Shown: in pieces, positions 15,042-25,600 of the stretch
Layout: every line of letters starts with the position of its first letter
Position numbering within the stretch: the stretch's first letter is position 1
IMG/VR virus record: IMGVR_UViG_3300037313_000669
Location: 1 to 37,287 of that record
Direction: 5' to 3' (one strand)
Length of the DNA: 37,287 nucleotides
From: a virus
Lineage: Duplodnaviria; Caudoviricetes
The notes under the pieces: model-generated
The model's input: only the letters and a program-made list of their open reading frames with translations
What the model was told of the DNA's origin: nothing
The model's database searches: none
Program-made: the position numbers and the translations under genes

Positions 15042-18000
15042 TCAGATGCTGCCGTCTGCCGAATGCCCGCGGCCGACGGTGGCCGAGAGCATGTAGACGC
15101 GGAAATAGATCGGGTTGCCCGGGGTAATCCCATCGGATGTCTGCGAACTGGCGCTGTAGCTCGCCGTGGGCGATGTGAGCCCGGTGATCGCGCGCAGGCG
15201 GGTCGTGTAGCTGCTGCTGGAGTAAATCTCGACCTCGTAGGCCTCGCTCGCTTCGCCGAGGGGGACGTCAACACCCGAGCGCCATTCACCGGAGATGCGC
15301 GAGCGGCGCGTCCACGTCAAAGTGGCGTTGTTCGATGCGTCCCGCCCCCCGCCCAGGTGCACAGGCGCGTAGGGCTTGAGCCCCGTTCCTTCGTTGGTGA
15401 AGTCCTGCGCGTTCGCCGTGGCCAGCGTCATGCCGTTTGTGACGGCCTTCCACTGCTTGGCGATGCCGATGTCGGCCGTGGCTTGCGTGACGCGAACGAA
15501 CTTGGCGGGATCGACGAGGACGAACCGATCGCCGATGGCGTGCCCGCTCATTGCGTATTCGCTGCCCCTGCGGCCCCGAAGGAACCCGCGCAGCGTGTAG
15601 GTGCCGTTCGTCTCCAGCGTGGCATCTCGGAAGAACAGGATCTCGTCGCCAATGACGGCCATGTTCACGCCAGACAGCAGCCCGGCGTTGCTCGTGGACG
15701 AGAGCGAGCCGTTGTGCATCGACACGTTCACATGCGAGAGCTCGTCGACGATGTTTCCGCCGGGAAAGTCCGACAGGACATCCGTCGTGTTCCCCATCGT
15801 CGCTTCGCCGGTCACGGTGAAGGCCACGGTCCAATTCGCCCCGCCATCGACAGACACGTACACCGTGCAGCCCGCCCAGCCCGTTGCGTTCGGGTCTGCT
15901 GCGCACGCTGCGGCATAGAACCCCGCATCGTCGTCCGCATCCCTGAGCATGTCGATGTTCAACAGCTCCAGCAAGGTCAAGGACGGCGGCGTGATCGTTT
16001 CATCCGGCGGCGGCGTTTCCGCCACGATCACGTTCGGCACGTACGTGTCGGAGTCGTCGCGAACGCACTGCAATTCGAAGTACGCGCCCTTTTGCGTCAT
16101 CTCCGTGATGCGCATGGTGTTGCCCGCGACCCCGATGAGATCGGTGGGCATCAGGTAGGCGTACTTGTAGCCCAGAGACAGCTTGCGGGTGACGCGCGAG
16201 ATCCACGGATCATGCAGATTGACCTGCGCGACCTGCAGCGCCTTCTCGTCGGTCATCACCATCGCGAGGTCGATGCGTTGCTCGTCGCCGCTGTAGCCCA
16301 CCAGACGGCGCGCGTACTTGCTGGCCTGAGAGTATTTCGTTGCGGCCAGAACGTAGTTCACCGACATCGTGGAGGGAAGTTCCTCGTCCATGATGCGGGT
16401 CGTCTCGTACAGGTCGCTGTGGTCTTCGCTGCTGTCGTGCGCGCCGAGGTCGTCGTCGGGAATCTCCACAGCGATGTCGCCGCCGCGCTTGATGAACTTG
16501 ATCTTGCCTTGGTCTTCGACGGCATCGAAGAAGTACGCCGCCATCAGTTGGCTGATCGCATCGCGCACCGCGACCTGATTGGCGATGATGTACCCGTCGA
16601 CTTGATCGGTCAGCTGGGAAACGTCGATCTGGTCGGCACTCAGGCCTGCCCGTTCCGATAGGTCGGTGACGACCTCCGCGAGCGTCTGGTATTGCAGGGT
16701 GGAGTCGGAGCCGCCCAGAGCCGCTGTGATGTACGGCAGCGTCGGCGGCGAGTCTTCGCCATTGGCATAGAAGCCGTTGAAGCGCAGCGCCTGCACCTGG
16801 CTGGTGACATCATTCCACATGACATCGTTCAGCCTGTTCGTGCCGTGGTACACGCCCGTCTGGGCCTCTCCGGTGAGCGGGACCCCGGCATCCGAGTTGA
16901 AGCCCACGAACTGATCGCGCGCGAGCCATACCTCGCCGCAGTACCACGCCTGATTGGGCGAGCTGGGGATGAAGCACCACGGCTGATCGGCCGTCCCGAA
17001 GAACGGGTCCGCCATCGAGCCCGAGCCGACCGTGGTGGTCGAGTCGTAGCAGCCGTAGTAGAACGTGCCCGCCGCGCGACTTGCCAGCCACAGGTGCCCG
17101 CTGTTCGGATCGACCGCACCATCCGTGGACCCGGCAAAGTTCGTGGGCATCGTGCCCACGGTGATGGAGGATGTCGTGGTGTGGTCAAGGTCGTAGCGCG
17201 CGACGTTGCCGTTTGCAAGCACCGCCCACGCAATCCCGCCGCTCGGCCCGGTGTACACCCAGCTTGCCGCCGATCCACCGGAGTCGATCGTCTGCGTGGC
17301 TGAAAGCGTGTGCGTGCCGGTGTTCACGTAGTACAGCTTTGAGCCGCCGCCCGAAAGCGCGAAGACGAAGACGTACTCGCTACCCGAAAGCACGACGCCC
17401 TTGAGCGTCTCACCCGAGGCTGGCGTGAACGGCGCGTGCCATGTCAGGGCGCCAACGGCTAGGTTGATCGTGAAGTAAACCCCGTCCGGCGATGTTGCAC
17501 TCGTCAGGTTGCGGTTCGTGATCAGCACATTGCCGTGCACGGCGTCGTACACGATCGACTGCTGCGGAACGTAGTTCTCGTCGACCGGCCAGTTGTGCAC
17601 GAGGCTCATCGTGGCCTTGCTGTACACCAGCAGGCCATAAAACGAGCCGTGGTAGGCGATGATCCAGTTCGCCCCGCCGTCGATCATGGCGTTGAACCAC
17701 ACCGTCCCCAGAGAAGGCGGAGCCTCGCCGCCCTTGCGCCCGACCTCAATGGTCAGGAACGGGATGCGGTTGCCGTCGTGCGATGAGACGTCGAAGTTCT
17801 CCCACACGATGTAGGCATAACCTCGATAGGCGGGGACATTGCCCGCGCCGAAGAGCGACTCCAGATACGGGTCGGGCAGTTGGTCTTCGTTGCCGTCATA
17901 AAAGCGTAAGGTGCCGCTTTCGACGCTGGCACCCACGGTATCGCGAACAAGGCGTTTATCCGGCCCCGCCCATATCCTGCCAAGATCAAGGTCTCCGTCG

Positions 18001-18326
18001 CTCTCGCCGATCAGGATCGCGAAGTTCGCGACATAGGTGGGGCCGTCGGTTTGGGGGCTGCCTCCCTTGCCGCCGCTGGCACCGGTCTGCACGAGGTCGG
18101 AGGCGGAAATCACGTTGCCGCCCACGGCCATGATCGAGTAGATGATCGGGATCGGCCTGCCGTACTCGGATGCCTGCGGGCGCAGGTCGACCATGCCCGG
18201 ACCGCTTTTGCTCCTGCTGTCGACCAGCGAGCCGAGGGTGGAGCCCACCATCCAGCCGAGCTGCGGGCTTCCGAACGAAGAGCCGATGACGGCCCCAACA
18301 ACGCCTCCAACGAGTGCGCCGCTCAT
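15042..18326 (-). CDS. central tail/host-specificity protein (GTA megatron / gpJ-like)
   Basis: SEYGRPIP, VPAYRG.AYIV, GNRIP, L.AAYFFDAVE, LRGRRGSE, LKPYAPVHL, WTRRSR, VPLGEASEAYEVEI. Confidence 0.9.
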   Translation of the reverse strand: MSGALVGGVVGAVIGSSFGSPQLGWMVGSTLGSLVDSRSKSGPGMVDLRPQASEYGRPIPIIYSIMAVGGNVISASDLVQTGASGGKGGSPQTDGPTYVANFAILIGESDGDLDLGRIWAGPDKRLVRDTVGASVESGTLRFYDGNEDQLPDPYLESLFGAGNVPAYRGYAYIVWENFDVSSHDGNRIPFLTIEVGRKGGEAPPSLGTVWFNAMIDGGANWIIAYHGSFYGLLVYSKATMSLVHNWPVDENYVPQQSIVYDAVHGNVLITNRNLTSATSPDGVYFTINLAVGALTWHAPFTPASGETLKGVVLSGSEYVFVFALSGGGSKLYYVNTGTHTLSATQTIDSGGSAASWVYTGPSGGIAWAVLANGNVARYDLDHTTTSSITVGTMPTNFAGSTDGAVDPNSGHLWLASRAAGTFYYGCYDSTTTVGSGSMADPFFGTADQPWCFIPSSPNQAWYCGEVWLARDQFVGFNSDAGVPLTGEAQTGVYHGTNRLNDVMWNDVTSQVQALRFNGFYANGEDSPPTLPYITAALGGSDSTLQYQTLAEVVTDLSERAGLSADQIDVSQLTDQVDGYIIANQVAVRDAISQLMAAYFFDAVEDQGKIKFIKRGGDIAVEIPDDDLGAHDSSEDHSDLYETTRIMDEELPSTMSVNYVLAATKYSQASKYARRLVGYSGDEQRIDLAMVMTDEKALQVAQVNLHDPWISRVTRKLSLGYKYAYLMPTDLIGVAGNTMRITEMTQKGAYFELQCVRDDSDTYVPNVIVAETPPPDETITPPSLTLLELLNIDMLRDADDDAGFYAAACAADPNATGWAGCTVYVSVDGGANWTVAFTVTGEATMGNTTDVLSDFPGGNIVDELSHVNVSMHNGSLSSTSNAGLLSGVNMAVIGDEILFFRDATLETNGTYTLRGFLRGRRGSEYAMSGHAIGDRFVLVDPAKFVRVTQATADIGIAKQWKAVTNGMTLATANAQDFTNEGTGLKPYAPVHLGGGRDASNNATLTWTRRSRISGEWRSGVDVPLGEASEAYEVEIYSSSSYTTRLRAITGLTSPTASYSASSQTSDGITPGNPIYFRVYMLSATVGRGHSADGSI

Positions 18327-18754
18327 TCTTCGATCCCCGCATAGCGCCAAGCCGCGACGATGCGCGAGCGCCAGATGTCATCGAGGCGATGCTCCACGAC
18401 TTTCATCAGCCCTGCTCCGTTGTAGGCGTGGATCAGCGACAAACCGCCGTGCACGTAGTCGCCGACGATCCCCAGGTGCTGGGGTTCGCCGTCAAAGCGC
18501 ATCCACACGACGTCCGCTGGTGCGATGTCCTTCTTCGGCACGCGAACAAGGTGTGCGTCGAGCGCGGCGCGCATTTCGGCGGGAACCGGCGTGCGGCCGT
18601 AGCGCGTGTAGTCCGTGAGCGGGATGCCCAGCGTCTTGGCGACGTGCACGGGCACGCCTGCGCAGTCGAGCGCGACACCGGCCACACGGCCCTGGTGTTG
18701 ATAGCGCGTGCCGATGGTTTGGCGCGCGATTGCGATGACTTCGCAGGCCTTCAT
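18323..18754 (-). CDS. NlpC/P60 tail-associated peptidase
   Basis: GTRYQHQGR...LDCAG...QHLGI...LIHAY catalytic Cys/His/His. Confidence 0.9.
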   Translation of the reverse strand: MKACEVIAIARQTIGTRYQHQGRVAGVALDCAGVPVHVAKTLGIPLTDYTRYGRTPVPAEMRAALDAHLVRVPKKDIAPADVVWMRFDGEPQHLGIVGDYVHGGLSLIHAYNGAGLMKVVEHRLDDIWRSRIVAAWRYAGIEE

Positions 18755-21700
18755 GGAGTCCACCAGTTCCCGGAAACGACTATCGCGCTCAGCAGCTGAA
18801 TCTCAGTGCTGTAGTAGGTCGACTCGGGATGTGCTTTGGCGTGCGTCCACAGCGCATCCAGCCAACTCTGGAAGCGCACGTCGCATATGGCCCCGACCAT
18901 CATCGGGCAGTAGAAGGCCGCATCGATACAGAACGGATTTGCTCCAACCAGACCGCTGCCGTCCAACGCGTAGCCGTTGATGATGTTTGTCACCGCCCCG
19001 CCGGTCGTCGAGGAGAAGAACGTCTCCATACGAGTGAGGTAGGTCTTGACGTCCGTGTCTCCCGTCATCGCGAAGTCAGTGCCGAAGCGCCACGGGTCGC
19101 GGCACGCGTTGTACCAATAGCCGTCCTCGTGCGGGTTGCCGCCATCGTTCACGGCGGTCGTCAGGAACGGATTGGCAGTATCTACACCGCCAACCCAATC
19201 GGGCAACAGACCCGTGGCTGGCGCGTAGTTGCGCTGCATGTAGTCGGTGATCCGCTTTTGCTGCGCGATCGCGTTGTCCCAGAACGAATCGCCTGTCGCG
19301 CGCTTGAATGCGCGGAAATGGCCGAACATGTAGTCGGACGTGCGCCCCTCGTGCATCACGCCTGCCGTCTCGACAATGTTGCCGTTCACATCGAAGGCGT
19401 ACGACTTGATCTGCGCGAGCATCGCCTGCGCGATGGACTTGTAGTTCCACGTCCCGCCCGATCCCCACTGCACGTCAGCCATCAGCAGCGCGAGCGCGAT
19501 GTCCATATCCCCGTCCAACGCGGGCCATTGAGCTCCGGCATCGGTGCCGTTCGCGTAGACACGCCAGCTCATAAGCTCGCTCATGTTGATGACGCCGCCG
19601 TAGTCCTTTGAGCGAACCGCGCGCACCGTGGACAGCAGTGCATCGAACTTCTGCTGTGCGCCCCCGTCGTAACCGGACATCAGCACGGTGATCAACATGC
19701 CGTAACCCATGCCCTCGGACACGGTTGCAAATGTTGGGTCCGAGTACTGCACCCACGCAGCACCAGCCGGCAGCAGCCCCATGCCACCGGGCGTGGTCTT
19801 GTACAGGTTCGCGACCCACGTGTCGTACTGCTGCTTGATGAACGCGTCCATGCTGGCCAGCGTGTCGGAGGGCGTGCTCACGCCAGACGCGTACGCCACA
19901 CGACGCGAACCGAACGGATAGCCACTGCCGCTGGAGCCAGCGGTCCCGCCGCCGCTGCCCACGCCGGCGTAGGCGTTGATTTCGGCGTCGGTGAACAGGC
20001 CCCGGCTCGTAAGCTCCGCGCGCTCCGCCGAGGACAGCGTCCCGCCGGCAAATGCGGTGGCGATATACAGCGTGACCTTGGGCGTGGTCATGTTGTAGAG
20101 CAAGCCGAAGCGACCTTCCGCGCCGCCGCCGCCCTGGTCGACGAGCTCATAAAACACGATCGATTCGACAAGCGTCTGATTGGCGATCAGGTACTTGCCG
20201 TGCAGGACGTTGCCCGCCCACCCCTGCTCGGTCAGCGTGTCGCCGGCCGCGTTGCCGTAGCCCGAATCGTAGATTTCATTGGCGTTGAACTCGTTGATGG
20301 TGACGGGCTTGCCCAACCGCTCGATCATCCCCAGCGCGCCTGTCGGATACCACCACGTATCGTTCGTGGCCTCGGTCTGGTCCGGGTAGTAGTGGAACGA
20401 AAGCACGTCCCACGACACGCCTTTGGAATCGAGAAAGTCGATCCACGCGTAATCGCGTGTGCAAAGACCATTCAACACGCGCAGCGCGCGACCGCTGGCC
20501 GTGGCCTTGTCGCGGATCGCCTGCGCCATGCCCTTCTGGTACGCCGCCATGGTTTCGCAACCCGGCTGGCCCGTATACAGGTCGGTGCCCTGTGCGCTGT
20601 TGCGAGGGACCTCGTTCGTGATGATGGCCCTGTTCTGGACCTCGTTCATGATTTCGAAGTCGAGCACGACGTCGTAAACGGAGTTGAGCAGCGTCGTCGT
20701 GTTCGCGTAGGCCGCGTTGTAGGTGGCCGTCAGGTCGCTCGAAGGTGCGAGCGTCCACGACCCAGCAGGCTCAAGGACAAGCTGCACCGCGCCGCCATAA
20801 GCGTTCACCTTGGCGATCATGTCGCGCAGGTTGGTGACGTTCGTGGTGTCGTCCATCAACATCCGGACGGCGCGCATGTTGCGCGCTTGCAGGATCGTTG
20901 CGATGGCCGCGTTGGTCGTGCCGTAGAACGATCCGCCATCGTGGATGTTGATGCCGATGCTCACGCTCGAAGGCGACGGCGGAGGCGTACCGGGCGAAGG
21001 GGACGGCGGCGGTGGGGCAGGAGGTGGCGGCGAGCCGGGAGGCGGCGGCGGCGAATGCGCAATCACCGGAGTGGGTGTCATCGTGGTCCCGGGGCCGCCG
21101 AAGACGCCGACACCCGGCAGATGGGGGAAACCCCGAAAGTTCAGCGCGTTGTTGAACTTGCCGATGCAGTCTTCGTAGAAGCGCTTTTGGCAACCGGCGT
21201 ACACCGTGAAGCTGTCGGGAACGCTTGGCGCCGGGTCGCTGCCGCTGCCTGGTGGCGGAAATGGCATCCCCGGGGTGTCCGCTGCGGTGATCTCTTCGGG
21301 CATTCCCTCGAACAACTCGAAGATGCCCGACCCACCCGAGAGGGTGTACGCCTTGACCTCCATCGACAGGCCATTGTTCAGGCCGGATGTGAAGGTGAGA
21401 AGCCCCCCGGTGAACCAGTCCGTGGGCTCGGTGCGATCAGGTGCCGTGATGACCTTGTTGTCGTCGACATGGGCCACGTAGCCCGTCACCGTCCACGGCG
21501 CAAGGTCGATCTTGCAGCGCGCATCGCCCAGATTGGCGTTGCACTCCTGCGTGACCAGCCGCCCGATCTTGCGCGAGTAGGCCTGCGTCAGGCCCCGAAG
21601 CTCGGTCTTGAACTGGCTGCGCCCGGCGGTGACTCTGCCCAGCGTGCCGCTTCGGACGATGTTCTTGCCCATCGTCAGGTCGGCGAAGTTGACCTCGAAG

Positions 21701-21999
21701 ATTTCGATCTGCGCGTAATCCCAGCGCCCGCGCTTGATATCGTGCTCGGTGATCAGCGGAGAAGCGAGGAAACCATCGACCTCGAGGTTGTCCACCGACA
21801 GGTCGGCCGCGCTTTGGTTGTCCGAGCCGTTGAAGCCGTTGTTGGCGAGGTACGTGACGCCATCGATCAGAAGGTCTTCGGTGTACGTCGTGCAGGCGAT
21901 GACGCTGCCATCGCGCAGGTTCGCACGCCAGCAACCGGCGATCTTCGTCGTCCCGAGGGCGTATGCCGCCTTCAGGGTGCTCGAGATGTCGCGGGTCAC
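18751..21999 (-). CDS. baseplate hub (DUF2163/BR0599-like) fused to clan GH-A and GH8 glycoside hydrolase domains
   Basis: Hub motifs (DLSVDNLEV, ELRGLTQ, C.A.LGDARC, AGC.K...C..KFNN.LNFRGFPHLPG), Pro linker, TIM-barrel NE/HYY/NE motifs, GH8 TVSEG.GYGML and ALDGD.DIA. Confidence 0.88.
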   Translation of the reverse strand: MTRDISSTLKAAYALGTTKIAGCWRANLRDGSVIACTTYTEDLLIDGVTYLANNGFNGSDNQSAADLSVDNLEVDGFLASPLITEHDIKRGRWDYAQIEIFEVNFADLTMGKNIVRSGTLGRVTAGRSQFKTELRGLTQAYSRKIGRLVTQECNANLGDARCKIDLAPWTVTGYVAHVDDNKVITAPDRTEPTDWFTGGLLTFTSGLNNGLSMEVKAYTLSGGSGIFELFEGMPEEITAADTPGMPFPPPGSGSDPAPSVPDSFTVYAGCQKRFYEDCIGKFNNALNFRGFPHLPGVGVFGGPGTTMTPTPVIAHSPPPPPGSPPPPAPPPPSPSPGTPPPSPSSVSIGINIHDGGSFYGTTNAAIATILQARNMRAVRMLMDDTTNVTNLRDMIAKVNAYGGAVQLVLEPAGSWTLAPSSDLTATYNAAYANTTTLLNSVYDVVLDFEIMNEVQNRAIITNEVPRNSAQGTDLYTGQPGCETMAAYQKGMAQAIRDKATASGRALRVLNGLCTRDYAWIDFLDSKGVSWDVLSFHYYPDQTEATNDTWWYPTGALGMIERLGKPVTINEFNANEIYDSGYGNAAGDTLTEQGWAGNVLHGKYLIANQTLVESIVFYELVDQGGGGAEGRFGLLYNMTTPKVTLYIATAFAGGTLSSAERAELTSRGLFTDAEINAYAGVGSGGGTAGSSGSGYPFGSRRVAYASGVSTPSDTLASMDAFIKQQYDTWVANLYKTTPGGMGLLPAGAAWVQYSDPTFATVSEGMGYGMLITVLMSGYDGGAQQKFDALLSTVRAVRSKDYGGVINMSELMSWRVYANGTDAGAQWPALDGDMDIALALLMADVQWGSGGTWNYKSIAQAMLAQIKSYAFDVNGNIVETAGVMHEGRTSDYMFGHFRAFKRATGDSFWDNAIAQQKRITDYMQRNYAPATGLLPDWVGGVDTANPFLTTAVNDGGNPHEDGYWYNACRDPWRFGTDFAMTGDTDVKTYLTRMETFFSSTTGGAVTNIINGYALDGSGLVGANPFCIDAAFYCPMMVGAICDVRFQSWLDALWTHAKAHPESTYYSTEIQLLSAIVVSGNWWTP

Positions 22000-22610
22000 T
22001 CTCTGACTTCCTGCAGGGTGACGGTGGAGCTGTAGAAGCGCCCATCGGGGTCGCTGCCGGCTACGTTCATCGACCACTCGATCTGGTCGTTCAGGAAGTG
22101 CACGGGCACGTAGAACTGTCCGGTGACGGTGACGAGAGCCGCCGAGGGCGAGCCGGTGATCGTCATCTGCCCCGTCGCGTAGTTGACGGTCGCGGAGGTC
22201 GCGACACCGGACACGAACACGGTGATGGTCCCGGTCATCGGCCGCGTGATCTTGCGGTCCTTGTGGCGGCCGGCGACGGTGTAGCGCTTGTACAACTGGT
22301 AGTTGCCACCACCCAGATCTGCCACGCGCCCGCTCGTGCCCAGGCTGTTGTCCTTCGGGTCCAGCAGCAGGAACCCGTACGCGCCGGCTTCGGTGTTCTC
22401 GAAGATGGCGTCGAACTGCTCGCGGATCGCGCGGCGCAACGGGCCGACGTTGACGTCGTACTCGCGCAGGGTCTTGTCCTGCACGATGTTGATCGACTCG
22501 AAGCCGTTGGCGGTGGTCACGCGCTGGTTTTTGCGCATCAGCCGGCCGGTGATGTTCTGCGCGAACTCCTGGCCGGTGACGATGATGTCGTCAAGGACTT
22601 CGATGCTCAT
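21996..22610 (-). CDS. distal tail protein (DUF2460-like)
   Basis: T.NGFE..N, GFLLLDPKD, YQLYKRY, RKITRP, VNYATG, GQFYVPVHF. Confidence 0.85.
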   Translation of the reverse strand: MSIEVLDDIIVTGQEFAQNITGRLMRKNQRVTTANGFESINIVQDKTLREYDVNVGPLRRAIREQFDAIFENTEAGAYGFLLLDPKDNSLGTSGRVADLGGGNYQLYKRYTVAGRHKDRKITRPMTGTITVFVSGVATSATVNYATGQMTITGSPSAALVTVTGQFYVPVHFLNDQIEWSMNVAGSDPDGRFYSSTVTLQEVRE

Positions 22611-25600
22611 ACGCGCTTTCCATTCCGGCGCGCGGCGTCCATGCCGCCACGCACTGCTGCGGCACCCATCTGTGTCGCCGTGGCGCGATTGGTGCCCGGC
22701 GGGAAGGTCATGTGCATGTGGAAGGTCTGCGACGGCTCGCTCGGCCCCGAGGGAGCCGACTTCACTTCACCGCCTTGATTGCCCGTCATCAGGTAGTCCC
22801 TGCCGGCGATGGATAGCAGTTCGGGGCCGCGCTCGTTGACGCGGTACAGGGAATCGGACGACACCGGGCCGCCGAGTTCGCGAGCACCGGCCACGTAATG
22901 GATCGTGCTCATGAGCGCGTCCTGCTCGCCACGCTGCGCCTTGTCGTGCAGTTCCTCCAATGTGCCGCGGCCGATTGAGCGGACAGCGGGAGCGGAGAAG
23001 ACGAACTCCTTGCCGTGCACGATGCCTGCGGCCTTCTTCGGATCGACATCGCCCGTGAAGCCGCCGGCCGCGAAGAATTGGCCGTAGTCCTGGTTGCCGA
23101 AGTCCGAACCAGTGCCGAACCCGCTGCCACCGCTGAACAGGCTGCCCAGACCACCCGCGCCGCCAGACGCGCTCATGCTGGCGAGAGAAGCCGCAGCCGA
23201 CTGCGCAGCGGCCGCGAGTGCCGTCAGGGCAGCAGTTGCCGCGCTCGATGCCGCCGTCTCGGCCGACATTGCAGCCGTCTGCGCCGTCGTGGCGGCAGTG
23301 GCAGCCGTGGTCGCTGCGGCCTGGCTGGCGATCGATGCCGCCCCAGCCGCCCCGGAGGCGTTCTCTGCGCTGATCTCGGACAGTCGGAATGCTTCCTGCG
23401 CCGTGTTTGTGATGGCGGGTGCAGCCTGCCCGCCGCGATTCTTGCCGCCGAACAGGTCGGCGAAAAAGCTGCCGACTCCACCTAGGCCGCCGCCGTTGCC
23501 GAACAACTGCTGCGACAGCTGCTTGCCGACTACATCGTTGATCTGCCGGCTTAGGCTGTTGGCGAAGTTGCGGATCGCATCGCGCGGCTTCGTGCCGTTC
23601 ATCAGGTCCGAGAAGAGGTTCGCGCCCGCGTCCTTGAAGATGCCGTCGAACTTGTCCTTCAGCGGGTCCAGCGAAGCCTGCAGCTTTTCCAACTCCAGCC
23701 GCGCGCGCGAGGCGTCCAACTTCAGCTGCAGGTCCAGCGGGCGCTGCTTGGCCTGGTCTTCGAGGGTTTCGACCTCCTTCTGCAGTTCGGCCAGGCGCGT
23801 GGCCCGCGCTGCACCGAGGCGGGAAAGCGCCTCGAGCTCGCCGATTGCACCCGTGCTTTGCAGGAACGTGATGCGCTCTTCGTCGATCGCCAGCATCGAA
23901 TCGGTGGCGGACAGGCGCTTCTTGGCCGCGTCGATCTGGTTGGTCTGCTCGATCAGCTTCTCGTTGGCGGCAAGTTCTGCCGGGCTGATCGCGATGCCGC
24001 TCTTGCTGGTTTGCGCGGCGAGATCGCGCGCCTGGTTGATCGCGATTTGCGCGCGCAGCTTCGCGGCACCTTCTTCATCCCCCTGCAGCTGCAGCAGGTT
24101 CGCGCGGTAGTTCAGGACTTGATCGGTCAGCTGCTTGAACGAGGCGGCCTGCTCCTGGTTCGCCAGCTGCGTCTCGCGGTCGGCGTTCTTGCGCAGGCGC
24201 TCTTCTTCGCGATCGATGTCACCGAGGCGCTCGCGGTCCTGCTGCTTCTTGGAGGGGTCGGTCGTCTTCGCGAGGTGCGCCTGCACCGCTGCGCGTTCCT
24301 TCTCCAGCTCCGCGATCTCGGCTGTCGTGCCTTGGGCGATGGCCTGGCGCTTCTTCTCGTAGAAGTCCACCAGCGACACCTGCCCGGCCTGGTACATGCC
24401 TTGCAGGAACCGCTGCTGGAAGCTGATCTCGTCACGCTCGTTCTGCAGCCCGTCGCGCGCAGCCTTGATCGAACCGGCCAGCTGCGCATCGAGCACCTGC
24501 TGGCCCTCGCCGTTGGCGCCGCGCTTTCCTATCGAGGTGATGCGCTCGTTCACGCCGGCCAGTCGGCCCTTCAGGTCATCGACGACAGAAGCGGGCTGCT
24601 TTTCTTCGGTCGCTTTCTTGATGTCCGCCGTCAGGCGCTTGCGCAGGTCGACCAGCTCCGCGATCTGCTCCTTCTGGCCCTTGTAGCCTTCCGTGACTTT
24701 CTGGACCGACTTGATCTCGTCGTCCAAGGCGGTCTTCGTCGCGATGGAAGCGCGCGCCACGCTGCCACCGGCGCCAGCCGTCTGGTCCGTCACCTTGCCG
24801 CCGGAGGTGCGCTGCTCCTCGGTGGTGGGAGAGACCGCTCCCGCGAGCTTGGCTGCCGCTGACACGGCGGCCGCACCCGGGATCAGGTTCAAGCCTGCGC
24901 TCGCCCCTCCGCTGAGGATCGGGCCGACGACTGGAATCTTCGGGATCTTCGGGATGTTGTCGATCAGCCAGGCTATGCCCTCGATCGTTTTGGCCAGCAG
25001 CGCGTTCATGTTGCGCAGGCCATCGGACTGGCTGAGGCCTTGCTGTGCGCGTCCCCATGCCTTGCTGAGGTCGTCGATCGCGGTGCCCAGCGGCGTGAAG
25101 CCGCGGGCGACAGCGCCCTGGACGCGCCCTTCCACCACTCCGAACATGACGGCCTGCGCGCCCATCGTGTCGCCCAGTCGCACTGCGTCATTTATGGCGT
25201 TGATCTGCGCCGCACGAAATGGACCGTTGAGCGTCTGCTCGAACGTCTTCGCGCCCTGCACCGGGTCGGCGAACGCGCGCGCCAGTTCCTTCGTGGCGCT
25301 GGGGATATCCTGCCCCGTCGCCTTGGCATAGTCGGCCGCGATGCGCGCGAGATCCTTGAACAGGCCGGCGCTGATCTCGTGGGACTTCGACAGCTCCGAT
25401 ACGATGGCCGTGGCGGCGTCGTGAGAGACCCCGGGCACCTGTGCGAGCTGGCTGATGAACTCGCGCAGCTCCTTGGTGGAGAATAGATCCGAGCGGCCCG
25501 TGCCGGCCAGCTGCGCCTGGATCGCAGCGAGGTCGCGCGCCTTGGATTCGGCATCAGCCATCGCAAGGCCCAGCGCGATCGCTCCAGCGGCTGCGGCGCC

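Noticed and set aside
12276-18326. Diversity-generating retroelement or invertible fibre cassette
   Set aside because: No reverse transcriptase, TR/VR pair, invertase or flanking inverted repeats found by eye
20970-21080. Tandem DNA repeat or CRISPR-like array
   Set aside because: Low-complexity proline codons without a fixed repeat-spacer period; no CRISPR array seen anywhere in the window
15063-22035. Long + strand ORFs (15063-16661, 20200-22035)
   Set aside because: Antisense shadows of tail genes with no motifs
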